Positions 9,485 to 20,542 of a DNA stretch of 64,000 nt are shown in pieces; position 1 is the first letter of the stretch, and each line of letters starts with the position of its first letter. The position numbers and the translations under genes were made by a program. Below the pieces are notes generated by a model, which saw only the letters and a list, made by a program, of their open reading frames with translations, was not told the DNA's origin and did no database searches. Origin of the DNA: an uncultured bacterium (GTDB taxonomy: Bacteria > Edwardsbacteria > AC1 > EtOH8); the NCBI GenBank assembly GCA_963780225.1, contig CAWAAX010000006.1, forward strand, positions 148,603 to 212,602, in the 5' to 3' direction.

Positions 9485-11250
9485 AACCGGAGAAAAAACT
9501 AAAGCTGGCCCTGGCTTTGCCGGACTTGATGGCCTTGTTTTTTGGAGCGCCCTTTTTAATGTATTTCGTCAGCCGGGTGGCGGCCTTCCCCCCCCAGGCC
9601 AACCGGGTGATGCTGTGGGCCGGGATTCCAATCTCGCTTTTGCTGGCCGGGCTGACCCAGATTTGGAACCGGAAGCGGTTGAAACCAGTCACTGGATTTT
9701 TAACCGATCCTTTGTCTGAACCCCAGACCGCTACCGCGGCTTTCAAGTCGGCCCTGGATTTTCCCCTGGCCTCGGCTGTACATATGGCGATCAATTTCTT
9801 AGTAGCAGTTCCGGTGATATGGCTGATCGTGGCCCTGCTGGCTCAGGCCGCCAATTTCTGGTACATCGTGCTTTATTCGATAGTGACGGCGCTGGTAATG
9901 GGTTCGTTGATCTTTTTACTGGAAGAATTTCTGCTTAAGGACATAGTCATCCGTCTGGCTCTGCTGCATCTGGGGCGTCAGTCGGAGGTCATCAAGAAAA
10001 CTTTCCGGATATCCCTGACCTACCGTCTGATAACCCTGTTCCTGGTGGTGATGATGCTCTCAATTTCTTTCGGGGTGATGATGGGACGTCTGAACCAGAT
10101 GACGCTGATCGCACTGATAGGTCTGGCGGCCACTTTGACCATCGCCTTTCTGGCCTCCAGAAACATCACCGGGGTCATCGATTCGCTGGTGCAGGCCTTA
10201 TCCGAGATAAGCGGCGATAACCGGGGACTGGGACGCCATCTTCCGCTTTTGGCCAATAACGAACTGGGAGATCTTTGCCACCAGTACAATCAGTTCGTCA
10301 ACCTGCTTGACCGGCTGGTTGGTGAGATTGAAAAAGTGGCGGCCGAGGTGGCGGCCAGCGCCCAAGAACTGGCTTCTTCTTCTCAGCAGATGAACGCTTC
10401 GGGGCAAGAGATATCATCCACCATCCAGCAGATCTCCAAAGGGGCCACCGTCCAGTCGGAGCGGCTGACCTCGGTGGCCAAGTCCCTGCAGGATTTTTCC
10501 GAAGCTACCAAGCGGATCGATTCCCAGGTGCGAATGACCACGGTCTCGTCCCAAAGGGCGGTGGAGTCATCCCAACAGGGGGCTAATAAAACTTCGGAGG
10601 CGGTACTGAAAATAGCTGAGATATACCAATCGGCGGACCAGACCAGTCAGAAGGTAATCAAGCTGCAACAGAAATCCAAGGAGATAGGCGGGGTGGCGGC
10701 CCTGGTTTCCAATCTGGCCCAGCAGATAGATTTTCTAGCTTTGAATGCCGCCATCGAAGCGGCCCGGGCCGGAGAAGCCGGCAAAGGATTTTCGGTGGTG
10801 GCCGACGAGATCCGTTCCCTGGCGGTGGAGGCCGGGAATTCGGCGCAACAGGCCTCTTCGTTGATTCGCGATATTGAGGACGAAATTGCCAAAACCGTGG
10901 AGGTGATAGCCCTGACCCAGCAGTCAATAGAAAACAGCCGGACCAGCGTGAACCAAACCGAGCAGGCCTTGAAAGTCATAAATAGCACGGTAACAGTGGC
11001 CGGCACCATGGTCAAGCAGATCTCGGAATCCAGCCGGGCCCAGACCAAAAGCGCCGGGCAGGTGGTGCAGCTGGCCTCGGAAGTATCGGCCATAGCCATC
11101 CAGACGGCGGCCTCCACCGAAGAAGTGGCGGCGGCGGTGGAGCAACAGACCGCCTCTATGCAGGAACTGTCGGCAGTGGCCCAAACCCTTTCCCATACCG
11201 CCGTTAAAATGAACAGCCTGGTGGCCAGGTTCAAATCGTCAAACCAATAA
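9481..11250 (+). CDS. Methyl-accepting chemotaxis protein with a multi-TM N-terminus
   Basis: HAMP (NELGDL), [31 protein letters not shown] overlap with the previous gene. Confidence 0.92.
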   Translation: MKPEKKLKLALALPDLMALFFGAPFLMYFVSRVAAFPPQANRVMLWAGIPISLLLAGLTQIWNRKRLKPVTGFLTDPLSEPQTATAAFKSALDFPLASAVHMAINFLVAVPVIWLIVALLAQAANFWYIVLYSIVTALVMGSLIFLLEEFLLKDIVIRLALLHLGRQSEVIKKTFRISLTYRLITLFLVVMMLSISFGVMMGRLNQMTLIALIGLAATLTIAFLASRNITGVIDSLVQALSEISGDNRGLGRHLPLLANNELGDLCHQYNQFVNLLDRLVGEIEKVAAEVAASAQELASSSQQMNASGQEISSTIQQISKGATVQSERLTSVAKSLQDFSEATKRIDSQVRMTTVSSQRAVESSQQGANKTSEAVLKIAEIYQSADQTSQKVIKLQQKSKEIGGVAALVSNLAQQIDFLALNAAIEAARAGEAGKGFSVVADEIRSLAVEAGNSAQQASSLIRDIEDEIAKTVEVIALTQQSIENSRTSVNQTEQALKVINSTVTVAGTMVKQISESSRAQTKSAGQVVQLASEVSAIAIQTAASTEEVAAAVEQQTASMQELSAVAQTLSHTAVKMNSLVARFKSSNQ

Positions 11251-11254
11251 GACC

Positions 11255-11629
11255 ATGCGATTGCTGATCTTTAAAATAGGACCGGCCCGGCTGGCTATTA
11301 AGGTTGATTCGGTCATTTCGGTGGGGCTGGATAAAAAGGCGGATAGCGTAACAAAATCCGGCAGTTTGAAGGTGGATCTGGCCAAAACCTTGGGGTTAAA
11401 CCACGGTGAATCGCCTAATCGAGCCGTCATCAAATGCAGTCATCAGAACGGATTATTCGAAATAAAGGCCGATGAAGTGTTGGGGCTGGAAGATATTGAC
11501 CCGGCCAAGCATCTGGCTTGGCCCGGTGCCCTGCGCTTTTTAGATAACTATTCCGGGGTGGCTGTGGTGGCCGGACAGTCGTTCCTATCCGTAAACCTGG
11601 ATGCCATTTTGTCCGGTTTGAAAAAATGA
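11255..11629 (+). CDS. Divergent CheW-like protein
   Basis: LLIFKIG..RLAIKVDSV, VDLAKTLG, ADEVLG pattern; context. Confidence 0.6.
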   Translation: MRLLIFKIGPARLAIKVDSVISVGLDKKADSVTKSGSLKVDLAKTLGLNHGESPNRAVIKCSHQNGLFEIKADEVLGLEDIDPAKHLAWPGALRFLDNYSGVAVVAGQSFLSVNLDAILSGLKK

Positions 11630-13350
11630 AGGAAAGAATCGGTAACTACCAAATAACCTCGGTGCTTTCCTCAGGCGGCATGGCCACAATTTACCTGGGG
11701 AGGCATGCTGAATTGGGCCGGCAGGTGGTGATCAAGCAACTCCATCCCCATTTGGCCAACGATCAGGGATTTGTCAAAAGATTTGAACGCGAGGCCAAGC
11801 TGCTGGGACGGCTGCATCACGAGAACATTGTGGACGTGACGGATTATTTTGAGCTAAAGGGCTCATATTACATAATCCTGGAATACATCGACGGCTGTTC
11901 TTTAAAAGAACTGTTAAACCAACAGCAAAGGCTGCCTTTTTTATTGGCGGTATATGTGGTGAGTCAGATAGCCCAGGGTCTTTGGCACGCCCATCAGAAT
12001 CAGATCATCCATCGGGATATCAAACCGGCCAATATTATGCTGACCAAAGGGGGCGGGGTTAAGATAACTGACTTTGGGCTGGCTTACACCCAGGAGGCTT
12101 TGGGAATAACCGATCCCGGAACTTTTGTGGGAACCCCGGCCTATCTGGCCCCGGAGCAGATAAAAGGCCAATCGGCTGATGCCCAGTCAGATATTTACGC
12201 TCTGGGGGTGATGTTCTATGAACTGCTTTCCGGCGGCAATCCTTTTGCCGGGCAGACTCATTCCGAGACCATAGACCGGACTTTACGGCTGATTCCCAAA
12301 AGCCTGGCCCGGCAGGATATGGAACTGCCGCTGGGCGTGGACTTGGTCATTCAAAAGCTTTTGGACAAGAACCCCAAGCACCGCTACAGCGATGCCGGAA
12401 AACTTTTGGCCGGGTTGACGCCTTACCAGATGTTCAGTCCCGAGGCGCTTTCCCGTTATATCAGCGATCCCCTGAGCTATGTCCCCCGGCAGGAAGATTT
12501 GACCCTGATAAAAAAAATGGCCCGGGCCGAGCGGCGCACCTATGCTTTGCGGCAGACCTTCTTTATAATGGCTATGGCGGCGCTATTGGTGTTTATAGGC
12601 AGTTGGAGCTACAGGGCCATAACCGGATATATGGCCAGCCATAAAGCAGAAAACACCGGAATCCGGGCGGACACACTGAATCCTGCTCCATCAGGCACCC
12701 CCGGACCCGTAGTATCGCAACAAATTGTTTCGGTGTCGGGAACTGAAGGCTCACTGGTAAACATAAACGGTCGAGACTACGGAAGCATTCCAGTGATCAT
12801 CAAAAGCCTGGACCCGGGGCGGTACCGGCTGATGATCACCAAAGAAGGTTTTGAAAGAAAGAAGATTACCATCACAATAAATCCCGGTCAGAATTTGACC
12901 GTTAGGGCCGATCTGATTCCTCAAAAGCTTACCCCCGGTTTTCTTAAGCTCTCGGTAAAACCTTGGGCCGAAATCTACCTCAACGGCAGTTATTATGAAC
13001 GTACCCCATTGGATACCCCGGTAAAACTTGCTCCCGGGCAGTATCATTTGATTTTAAGACATCCCAACCGAAGGGAGTACCACAGTACGCTGTCCATAAA
13101 TTCTGATGACACCTTATTACTGGATGTAACCATGCCGGAGGCCTTCGGACACTTACGGCTTACAGTGGCGCCCTGGGCGGTGGTCTGTATAGACGGCGAG
13201 GAAAGGGGAACCACTCCGATGGGATCCCCGCTTAAGATTTCTATCGGGGAACATGAACTAAAGCTTTTGGGGCCATCGGGAAAAGAGTGGAAAGAAAATT
13301 TGAACATCGAAGAGGGTAAGACTTTGGACCGGAACATCATCCTGCAATGA
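11626..13350 (+). CDS. Hanks-type Ser/Thr kinase with one TM and extracytoplasmic PEGA repeats
   Basis: GGMATIY, HRDIKPAN, DFG, GTPAYLAPE; TM; PWAEIY/PWAVV PEGA-type repeats. Confidence 0.92.
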   Translation: MKERIGNYQITSVLSSGGMATIYLGRHAELGRQVVIKQLHPHLANDQGFVKRFEREAKLLGRLHHENIVDVTDYFELKGSYYIILEYIDGCSLKELLNQQQRLPFLLAVYVVSQIAQGLWHAHQNQIIHRDIKPANIMLTKGGGVKITDFGLAYTQEALGITDPGTFVGTPAYLAPEQIKGQSADAQSDIYALGVMFYELLSGGNPFAGQTHSETIDRTLRLIPKSLARQDMELPLGVDLVIQKLLDKNPKHRYSDAGKLLAGLTPYQMFSPEALSRYISDPLSYVPRQEDLTLIKKMARAERRTYALRQTFFIMAMAALLVFIGSWSYRAITGYMASHKAENTGIRADTLNPAPSGTPGPVVSQQIVSVSGTEGSLVNINGRDYGSIPVIIKSLDPGRYRLMITKEGFERKKITITINPGQNLTVRADLIPQKLTPGFLKLSVKPWAEIYLNGSYYERTPLDTPVKLAPGQYHLILRHPNRREYHSTLSINSDDTLLLDVTMPEAFGHLRLTVAPWAVVCIDGEERGTTPMGSPLKISIGEHELKLLGPSGKEWKENLNIEEGKTLDRNIILQ

Positions 13351-14060
13351 AGAAAATAATATTCATATTATGCTTACTGGCTGTATCTTTCGAATCTCCG
13401 CCAGTTTATGCTCAAAGCAAAAACTATCTGGGATCGGTAGTGACCTCTTATGAGCGGGGGTATTACGACGAAGTGATCAGAAATTCCCAGAAGGCTTTGG
13501 CCGATACCATACCTTATACCGCCGCCGATTTGGTGTATTTGCGCACCTATCTGGCTTTTTCCCTGGTAGCCCTGGGGAACGACGATCAGGCGGTAACGGT
13601 ATTTAAAACCATCCTGATCTCCAAACCTAAGTTGGAATTGAACCCGGAATTCATCTCCCCCAAAATAATCAACGTTTTCAAACGGGCCCAGCGGGAAGCC
13701 GCCCAAAACCAGGGGCGGTCGGGAGTACAGGCCGGATTGATTTTTGAGCAAGAGAAACCCCAGAAACTTTCCTGTTTGTGGCGCACTGCCCTGTGGCCGG
13801 GCTGGGGCCAGTCATCCCGGGGAGAATACAAAAAGGGAAAAATCCTAAAACGATCGGCTATAGGCATTGCCGCCGGACTGGGCGTGGTATTTTTAGGCAC
13901 TTATTTAAGCCATCAAAGTTATCTGAAGGCCACCACTGAGGATGCCATCGATTCCAAATATGATACATATAACGCCTGGTACAAAACCCGCAGTTTCGGG
14001 ATTAACCTGGCGATCTCTTTCTGGTTTTACAGCTCGCTGGATATATTTCTTACCGAATAG
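13347..14060 (+). CDS. Exported TPR-like protein with a C-terminal hydrophobic (DUF5683-like) region
   Basis: Signal peptide MKKIIFILCLLAVS...VYA; short TPR, FISPKI, LWPGWGQ motif; ATGA overlap. Confidence 0.65.
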   Translation: MKKIIFILCLLAVSFESPPVYAQSKNYLGSVVTSYERGYYDEVIRNSQKALADTIPYTAADLVYLRTYLAFSLVALGNDDQAVTVFKTILISKPKLELNPEFISPKIINVFKRAQREAAQNQGRSGVQAGLIFEQEKPQKLSCLWRTALWPGWGQSSRGEYKKGKILKRSAIGIAAGLGVVFLGTYLSHQSYLKATTEDAIDSKYDTYNAWYKTRSFGINLAISFWFYSSLDIFLTE

Positions 14061-14297
14061 AAACAGTAAAACATTGGCTTCAATTCAATCCATGCCAAAT
14101 CCTAATAGCAATAGGGAAATATTGCCGGGAACCCAGTTTTGTTGACCTTCGTTAACTGCCAACGGTCCAATAAGGTCTGCTTGGTTTCGCTGGATCACAA
14201 TAGTTATCACGGGATGAGAAAAACTACTATCACCGACGGGAACATCGCCACCATAGAAGTTACCTCCAGCATACTTTAATAAAATCCTAAAAACGAA

Positions 14298-15815
14298 ATG
14301 TCTACCGAGGAATTAAAACAAGTCGACAAAGAGGGGATGCTGGCCCTTTACGATATCAGCCAGGTGATCAATTCCATCCAGGAACCGGAGGAGTTGTTCA
14401 ACCGGGTGATGGATCTGGTGATATCTACCACCAAGGCCGAACGGGGTCTGCTGATGATAAAAGAACAGGTTGCGGGAGAACTGGTGGTCAAGGTGGCCCG
14501 TAATTTTCAACGCCGGCCAATTGAAAATCCCGATGAGATATCCCAGACCATCCTCAATCAAGTGCTGGAAAGCGGGGAAGCGACTTTGACCTCGGATGCC
14601 AGGACCGATCCCAGATTTTCCGGCTCGGAGAGCGTGTTACTTTATAACATTCTTTCCATTATCTGTGTACCGCTTAAAAAACAGGATCAAATCATCGGCC
14701 TGATCTATGTGGACAGCCGTACCACCAAGAATGTATTCACCGAACAGGATAAGGTATTTTTGGCGGCCTTCGCCAACATGGCGGCCATCTCCATAGAGAA
14801 CGCCAGGCTCCAAGCCCGCCTAAGACAGGAAAACCTGATTCTGAAGGAAGAGATAAGCCGTCAGTACCGGTTTGAAAATATTGTCGGCCAATCCACCAAA
14901 TTTCTGACAGTCCTTTCGGTGGTAGAAAAGGTGCTGGATAGCAGCGTCCCGGTTCTGATCCAAGGCGAATCCGGAACAGGCAAGGAGCTAGTAGCCAAGG
15001 CCATTCATTATAACGGCCCCCGCAAAGAAAAGAATTTTGTGGCCCAATACTGCGGGGCCCTTCCAGAAACCCTGCTGGAATCGGAGCTGTTCGGCTATAA
15101 GAAAGGCGCCTTTACCGGAGCCTCCACCAATAAAATGGGCCTGTTCGAGATGGCCGACGGAGGCACGTTTTTCCTGGATGAGATAGGCGATATCTCACCT
15201 TCCATACAGGCCAAACTTTTGCGGGTGCTGCAGGATGGCGAAATGCGCAGGGTAGGGGATACCCAAAGCATCAAGGTCGATGTCCGGCTGATCTCGGCTA
15301 CCAACCGGGATCTGGTGCAGGAAGTAAAATCCGGGCGGTTCCGGGAGGATCTTTTCTACCGGCTGAATGTGGTTACCATCAATCTGCCCAGTCTGCGGGA
15401 ACGGCAAAGCGACATACCTCTGCTCTGCCGGCATTTCCTTCAGACTTCCTCCGCCTCCCAGGCCAAGGGCATCGATCAGATAGAGAACAAAGCCCTGGCT
15501 ATTTTGATGGATTACAACTGGCCGGGTAACATCCGGGAATTGGAAAATGTTATTTCCTACGCCGTGGTAATGGCCAAGGGCCAGACCATTCGGTTAGAAG
15601 ACCTGCCGGATCAGATCAAAACCACCAAATCCGGCCCTGCTTCGGTGATGACCGGGCAGACCATGAGGGAGATGGAAAAAAATCTGATCATCGCCACGTT
15701 AAAGTCATGTCAGGGCAACCGCCGCCAAACAGCTGACCAACTAGGGATAAGTCTGCGTACCTTGCAGTATAAGCTCAAAGAACTTAAACACGACACAAGT
15801 GCGGCCGAAGGCTGA
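14298..15815 (+). CDS. GAF-AAA+-HTH sigma54-dependent activator
   Basis: GAF (GLIYVDSR), [31 protein letters not shown], Fis-type HTH. Confidence 0.95.
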   Translation: MSTEELKQVDKEGMLALYDISQVINSIQEPEELFNRVMDLVISTTKAERGLLMIKEQVAGELVVKVARNFQRRPIENPDEISQTILNQVLESGEATLTSDARTDPRFSGSESVLLYNILSIICVPLKKQDQIIGLIYVDSRTTKNVFTEQDKVFLAAFANMAAISIENARLQARLRQENLILKEEISRQYRFENIVGQSTKFLTVLSVVEKVLDSSVPVLIQGESGTGKELVAKAIHYNGPRKEKNFVAQYCGALPETLLESELFGYKKGAFTGASTNKMGLFEMADGGTFFLDEIGDISPSIQAKLLRVLQDGEMRRVGDTQSIKVDVRLISATNRDLVQEVKSGRFREDLFYRLNVVTINLPSLRERQSDIPLLCRHFLQTSSASQAKGIDQIENKALAILMDYNWPGNIRELENVISYAVVMAKGQTIRLEDLPDQIKTTKSGPASVMTGQTMREMEKNLIIATLKSCQGNRRQTADQLGISLRTLQYKLKELKHDTSAAEG

Positions 15816-15927
15816 TAAAAGATGATCGAACCTACAGCTTTACCCTGGAGGTTTAAACCATAGCCACATAATAAACTATCAAGAGGTTGCTCATAACCAC
15901 TAACCTATGCCAAGGCGCGGTTTTATC

Positions 15928-15956
15928 TTGACAAACGGGCGTAAAATTAGTATACT
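15928..15956 (+). promoter_or_regulatory. sigma70-type promoter
   Basis: TTGACA-17 bp-TATACT. Confidence 0.75.
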
Positions 15957-15980
15957 TAAAGTCTATATGCAAGGAATAAT

Positions 15981-16271
15981 ATGTCTAAAAAAGAATTAAA
16001 AAACAAAAACAAAATTGTCCCGGAAAAAACGGCGATAGTGCCGGAAACGCCATTGGGCTTTACCAGCAAGAATTATCTTTTATTCGGGACCGGTATAGCC
16101 CTGATAGTATTGGGGTTTTTGTTCCTGACCAGCCCGGTTTTCGGCGGGGGATTCCCTTTTGTGCATCCTTTTAAGGGCGGGGTAGACGGCTGGCTGACCA
16201 TGAACCTGGCCCCGGTAATGCTGGTGCTGGGCTATTGTGTGGTGATTCCGGCGGCCATCATCGTCAAATAA
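15981..16271 (+). CDS. DUF3098-like small membrane protein
   Basis: F.KNY.L...G..LIVLGF...LAPVMLVLGY pattern, 2 TM. Confidence 0.7.
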   Translation: MSKKELKNKNKIVPEKTAIVPETPLGFTSKNYLLFGTGIALIVLGFLFLTSPVFGGGFPFVHPFKGGVDGWLTMNLAPVMLVLGYCVVIPAAIIVK

Positions 16272-16430
16272 CCGGGCGGGATAAAATATTTTAAACCACG
16301 GTCTAAGCGGATGCAGTAAAAATCTGCAAGGCTACTGTCCGTGGTTTATTGTTGCCCCGGGTAAAGGCATAATTCTTAAAGCTCAAGCTTAATTCTAGGC
16401 GCCCCGGCCGGTCCGGGTCATAGGAAGCCA

Positions 16431-17174
16431 TTGAAACTAAAAAAAGTACGCCTGGGCGTCAACATAGACCATGTGGCCACCTTAAGGCAGGCCAGGCTGG
16501 CCTGCCAGCCTGACCCGGTGGCCGCCGCCGGACTGGCCGAAAAGGCCGGGGCCGACGGGATCACCGTTCATTTGCGGTCAGACCGGAGACATATTCAGGA
16601 CCGGGACGTATTAGTGCTTTCCAAAACTGTCAAGACCCATCTTAACATAGAGATGGCGGCCACCGGACCGATGATGGCCCTGGCCGCAAAGATAAAACCG
16701 GACGCCGTCTGCCTGGTCCCGGAAAACCCCGATGAAATAACCACCGAGGGAGGTTTGGACCTGGTGAAAGCCCGGGGCCGGGTGGCTTTGGCGGTCAAAG
16801 AGCTGAACCAGGCTGGCATCCGGTCAACCTTGTTCATCGAACCGGATGAAATGCAAATCAGGACGGCTTTAAAACTGGGGGCCCGGGCGGTGGAATTGAA
16901 TACCAATGCCTATTCATTGGCCTGGGAAGCAGCGCCGGGCAACAGCCGCAGGGTGGCATTTCAGCTGGACCGGCTGGCCAAGGCAGCCAGGCTGGCCTCG
17001 GAACTGGGGATGGAGGTCCACGCCGGGCACGGGTTGAATTATTTGAATGTAAGGCCGGTGGTTAATATCCCCCAGATCACGGAGTTGAACATCGGGCACT
17101 CGATAATCGCCGAAGCAGTGCTGGCGGGACTTCCCAAGGCAGTACGCCGCATGGTCAAACTGCTGAAACGCTGA
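16431..17174 (+). CDS. pdxJ: Pyridoxine 5'-phosphate synthase
   Basis: LGVNIDHVATLRQAR, DRRHIQ, TTEGGLD, HAGHGL. Confidence 0.96.
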   Translation: MKLKKVRLGVNIDHVATLRQARLACQPDPVAAAGLAEKAGADGITVHLRSDRRHIQDRDVLVLSKTVKTHLNIEMAATGPMMALAAKIKPDAVCLVPENPDEITTEGGLDLVKARGRVALAVKELNQAGIRSTLFIEPDEMQIRTALKLGARAVELNTNAYSLAWEAAPGNSRRVAFQLDRLAKAARLASELGMEVHAGHGLNYLNVRPVVNIPQITELNIGHSIIAEAVLAGLPKAVRRMVKLLKR

Positions 17175-17203
17175 ACCACAAATCACATCGGACAGGGCAT
17201 AGT

Positions 17204-18163
17204 TTGAATAACCGGCAGATCATCAAACATTTTACCGGCAAGAAGATCGCGGTGCTGATGGGCGGAAGGTCGGGGGAGCGCGAGGTTTCCCTGCGTTCCG
17301 GCCAGAACGTGCTGGAGGCACTAAAACGCCAGGGCTTGCAGGCCGTGGGCATAGACGCCGGGCTGGACCTGGGAACTGAGCTGAGAAGCAAGAAGATAGA
17401 CGCCGCCTTCGTGATCCTGCACGGCCGGTACGGCGAGGACGGCACGGTCCAGGGCCTGCTGGAGATGATGGACATTCCCTACACCGGATCCGGGGTGCTG
17501 GCTTCGGCTTTGGCCATGAACAAGGTTTTTTCCAAGAAGATATTCACCGAACAGGGGATACCCACCCCGGAATACTGCTGGGCCGGTCCGCTGCAAGACC
17601 CCAAAACGGCGGCCCATGAAGCGGTGGAAGATCTGGAACTGCCGCTGGTGATCAAACCGGTGGATGAAGGCTCTTCCCTGGGGGTTTCCATAGCCAAGAA
17701 CCAGGAACAGGCGGTAAAGTCATTCATCCAGGTCCATAAAAAATACGGCCAGGTGATGGCCGAGCGCTTCATCCAGGGGATGAACGTCACAGTAGGCATC
17801 CTGGGATGCGGCGCCAAGGCCCGGGCTTTGCCAGTGCTGGAACTGGTGCCCAAGAATGAATTCTACGACTATCAGGCCAAATATACCGGCGGCCTGACCG
17901 AGTTCCACGTGCCGGCCCGCCTGCCGGGCAGCATATACGCCAAGGTACAGCAGGTGACCCTGCAGGCACACCAGGCCCTGGGCTGCCACGGCTGGTCCCG
18001 GGTGGACGCCATAGTGGACCGCTCTGGTACAGTCTATGTGCTGGAGGTCAATACCAACCCCGGCATGACCGACCTTTCCGATATGCCGGCCGAGGCCAAG
18101 GCCGAGGGAATGGAATACGACCAGCTGGTGCTGGAGATACTGGACAGCTCCCGGAAACGTTAG
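17204..18163 (+). CDS. ddl: D-alanine--D-alanine ligase
   Basis: GGRSGEREVSL, LHGRYGEDG, EGSS, FYDYQAKY, EVNTNPG. Confidence 0.95.
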   Translation: MNNRQIIKHFTGKKIAVLMGGRSGEREVSLRSGQNVLEALKRQGLQAVGIDAGLDLGTELRSKKIDAAFVILHGRYGEDGTVQGLLEMMDIPYTGSGVLASALAMNKVFSKKIFTEQGIPTPEYCWAGPLQDPKTAAHEAVEDLELPLVIKPVDEGSSLGVSIAKNQEQAVKSFIQVHKKYGQVMAERFIQGMNVTVGILGCGAKARALPVLELVPKNEFYDYQAKYTGGLTEFHVPARLPGSIYAKVQQVTLQAHQALGCHGWSRVDAIVDRSGTVYVLEVNTNPGMTDLSDMPAEAKAEGMEYDQLVLEILDSSRKR

Positions 18164-18203
18164 ATAAGAAACTGCAATTTATTTTTAATTAAGGAGATAT
18201 ACC

Positions 18204-18386
18204 ATGCCAGTCCCCAAGAGAAGACACTCAAATTCCCGCACCAACAAACGCCGTGCCAACTGGAAGTTAGTGCAACCCAATTTGGTCAATTGTTCCCATT
18301 GCCATCAGCCCCGCTTACCGCACCGGGCCTGCCCCAATTGCGGATATTATGGCGGGCGGGAAATCGTTGCCATCAAACAAGTATAA
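18204..18386 (+). CDS. rpmF: 50S ribosomal protein L32
   Basis: MPVPKRRHS..., CxxC...PHRACPNCGYY; AAGGAG RBS. Confidence 0.97.
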   Translation: MPVPKRRHSNSRTNKRRANWKLVQPNLVNCSHCHQPRLPHRACPNCGYYGGREIVAIKQV

Positions 18387-18416
18387 GTAGCATTCTAAAC
18401 TGTTACTTCAATAAAA

Positions 18417-19547
18417 ATGCCGCCTAAACCCATCAAGAAAAAGAACTCCAAAAGCTCTGATCTTACCAGCGGAGCAGCCATGGCCCAGATCCCGACCGGA
18501 ACTGAAATAGTGACGGTAGCGGTCGATGCCATGGGCGGAGATCACGGTCCGGCTCCCATCATAGAGGGCGCCATCCAGGCCGCCAAATTATCCAAGGGGC
18601 GCTACAAGGTGATACTGGTGGGCGACGAGGTGGCCATCAAGACCGAATTGGCCCAGGGGGTGGGTGAAGACAAGTATGAAGAGGAAGACCTTAAAAAATA
18701 CGGGGTGGAGGTGGTGCACGCTTCCCAGGCCGTGGAGATGCACGAGTCCCCGACCGACGCCCTGCGCCGCAAACGGGATTCCTCCATCCTGGTTGGCTTA
18801 AGGCTGCAAAAGGACAAGAAGGCCCAGGCCTTCATCTCCACCGGCAACACCGGGGCGGTGATGGCGGCCTCGCTGTTCGAATTGGGAAGGCTGAAGGGGG
18901 TGGCCAGGCCGGCCATCGCCAGTTTTATGCCCACCGAGCACGGCGGCTGCATCATGATAGACGTAGGGGCCAACATGGACTGCAAGCCCCACCATCTGCT
19001 TCAGTTCGCCTTTATGGGTTCTTCCTACGCCCAGTATGTCTTTGAGCGCAACAATCCCAAGGTGGGGCTGTTGTCGGTGGGCGAGGAAAAATCAAAGGGA
19101 AGTGAGAGCATCTTAAAGGCCCACGAACTGTTGTCTGCCAGCAAGCTCAACTTCATAGGCAACATCGAGGGCAAGGACATTCTGCGGGGCACGGCCGACG
19201 TGGTGGTCTGTGATGGGTTCATCGGCAACATCATCCTTAAGTTCGCCGAGAGCGTGGTAAGGATGTTCTATGGTTCCATTAAGCGTTATATCAATACCAG
19301 CATCCTGGCAAAATTGGGCGCGTTATTGTTGAAGCCAGCCTTGAAGAGATTTGCGCAAGACCTTGATTATGAAGAATATGGCGGAGCTCCGCTATTGGGA
19401 GTCAATGGTGTCTGCATCATCTGCCACGGGCGTTCCAGCGCCAAGGCAATTAAAAATGCTATATTAGTGGCCACGCGCTGCGTGACCCACCAGGTGAACG
19501 GCCATATTCAGGAGCAGTTAGAATCCCTAAACACGGAGGAATTGTAA
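18417..19547 (+). CDS. plsX: Phosphate acyltransferase PlsX
   Basis: VAVDAMGGD, GNTGA, GGAPLLG, HGRS. Confidence 0.96.
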   Translation: MPPKPIKKKNSKSSDLTSGAAMAQIPTGTEIVTVAVDAMGGDHGPAPIIEGAIQAAKLSKGRYKVILVGDEVAIKTELAQGVGEDKYEEEDLKKYGVEVVHASQAVEMHESPTDALRRKRDSSILVGLRLQKDKKAQAFISTGNTGAVMAASLFELGRLKGVARPAIASFMPTEHGGCIMIDVGANMDCKPHHLLQFAFMGSSYAQYVFERNNPKVGLLSVGEEKSKGSESILKAHELLSASKLNFIGNIEGKDILRGTADVVVCDGFIGNIILKFAESVVRMFYGSIKRYINTSILAKLGALLLKPALKRFAQDLDYEEYGGAPLLGVNGVCIICHGRSSAKAIKNAILVATRCVTHQVNGHIQEQLESLNTEEL

Positions 19548-19550
19548 AAA

Positions 19551-20531
19551 ATGAAACGGATAGCCATACTGGGAACGGGTTCTTACGTTCCGGAAAAGAT
19601 ATTGACCAATGCCGACCTGGAAAAGATAGTAGAGACCACCGATGAGTGGATAACCCAGCGCAGCGGCATCAAGGAACGGCATATTTCCGATGAGAAAACG
19701 CCGACTTCCAAGTTATGCATCGAGGCGGCTCACAGGGCTTTGGAGGCTGCCAAAATAAAGCCCGAGGAACTGGATTTCATCCTGATCGGCACGATCACAC
19801 CCGATATGATGTTCCCCTCCACCGCCTGCATAGTCCAGGCTGCTCTGGGCGCCAAGAACGCCGCGGCCTTTGACCTGGCGGCCGGATGCACCGGGTTCAT
19901 TTACGGGCTGGAGCTGGGCCGCTCCCTGATCATAGCCGATCCCAAGCGCAAAGTGCTGGTGATAGGGGCGGAGGAGCTAAGCAAGATCACCGATTGGACC
20001 GACCGCGGCACCTGCGTGCTGTTCGGGGACGGGGCCGGCGCGGCAGTGCTGGGCGAGGTCGAGGAGGACCGGGGGATCTTGTCCACTTATCTTGGCGCCG
20101 ACGGCAACCTGGGCGATCTTTTGTACATGCCTGGTGGCGGCTCGCTGAACCCGGCCACCCATAAGACGGTGGACGAAAAGATGCACTTTGTGAAGATGGC
20201 CGGCAACAAGGTGTTTCCCTATGCCGTCAGAAACATGCTGGAGGCCGCCACCAAAGCACTGGAAAGCGCCGGGATATCCAAAGAACAATTGAATCTATTG
20301 ATCCCGCACCAAGCCAACATCCGCATCATAGAAGCCATCGCCGAGCGGCTGGGAGCCGGGAACGAAAAGATATACATCAACATCCAGAAATACGGCAACA
20401 CTTCGGCCGCCTCCATACCCATCGCCTTGGACGAAGCGGTGCGGAACGGCAGGATCAAGAAAGGCGATTTGATAATGCTGGTGGCCTTTGGGGCAGGGTT
20501 CACCTGGGGCGCGGTGCTGATACGCTGGTAA
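19551..20531 (+). CDS. fabH: 3-oxoacyl-ACP synthase III
   Basis: AGCTGF, FGDGAGA, PHQAN, YGNTSAAS. Confidence 0.96.
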   Translation: MKRIAILGTGSYVPEKILTNADLEKIVETTDEWITQRSGIKERHISDEKTPTSKLCIEAAHRALEAAKIKPEELDFILIGTITPDMMFPSTACIVQAALGAKNAAAFDLAAGCTGFIYGLELGRSLIIADPKRKVLVIGAEELSKITDWTDRGTCVLFGDGAGAAVLGEVEEDRGILSTYLGADGNLGDLLYMPGGGSLNPATHKTVDEKMHFVKMAGNKVFPYAVRNMLEAATKALESAGISKEQLNLLIPHQANIRIIEAIAERLGAGNEKIYINIQKYGNTSAASIPIALDEAVRNGRIKKGDLIMLVAFGAGFTWGAVLIRW

Positions 20532-20542
20532 ACCTATATAGC

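Noticed and set aside
14115..14279. Short open frame resembling a decayed PEGA repeat
   Set aside because: No start codon or RBS and the similarity is too weak to support
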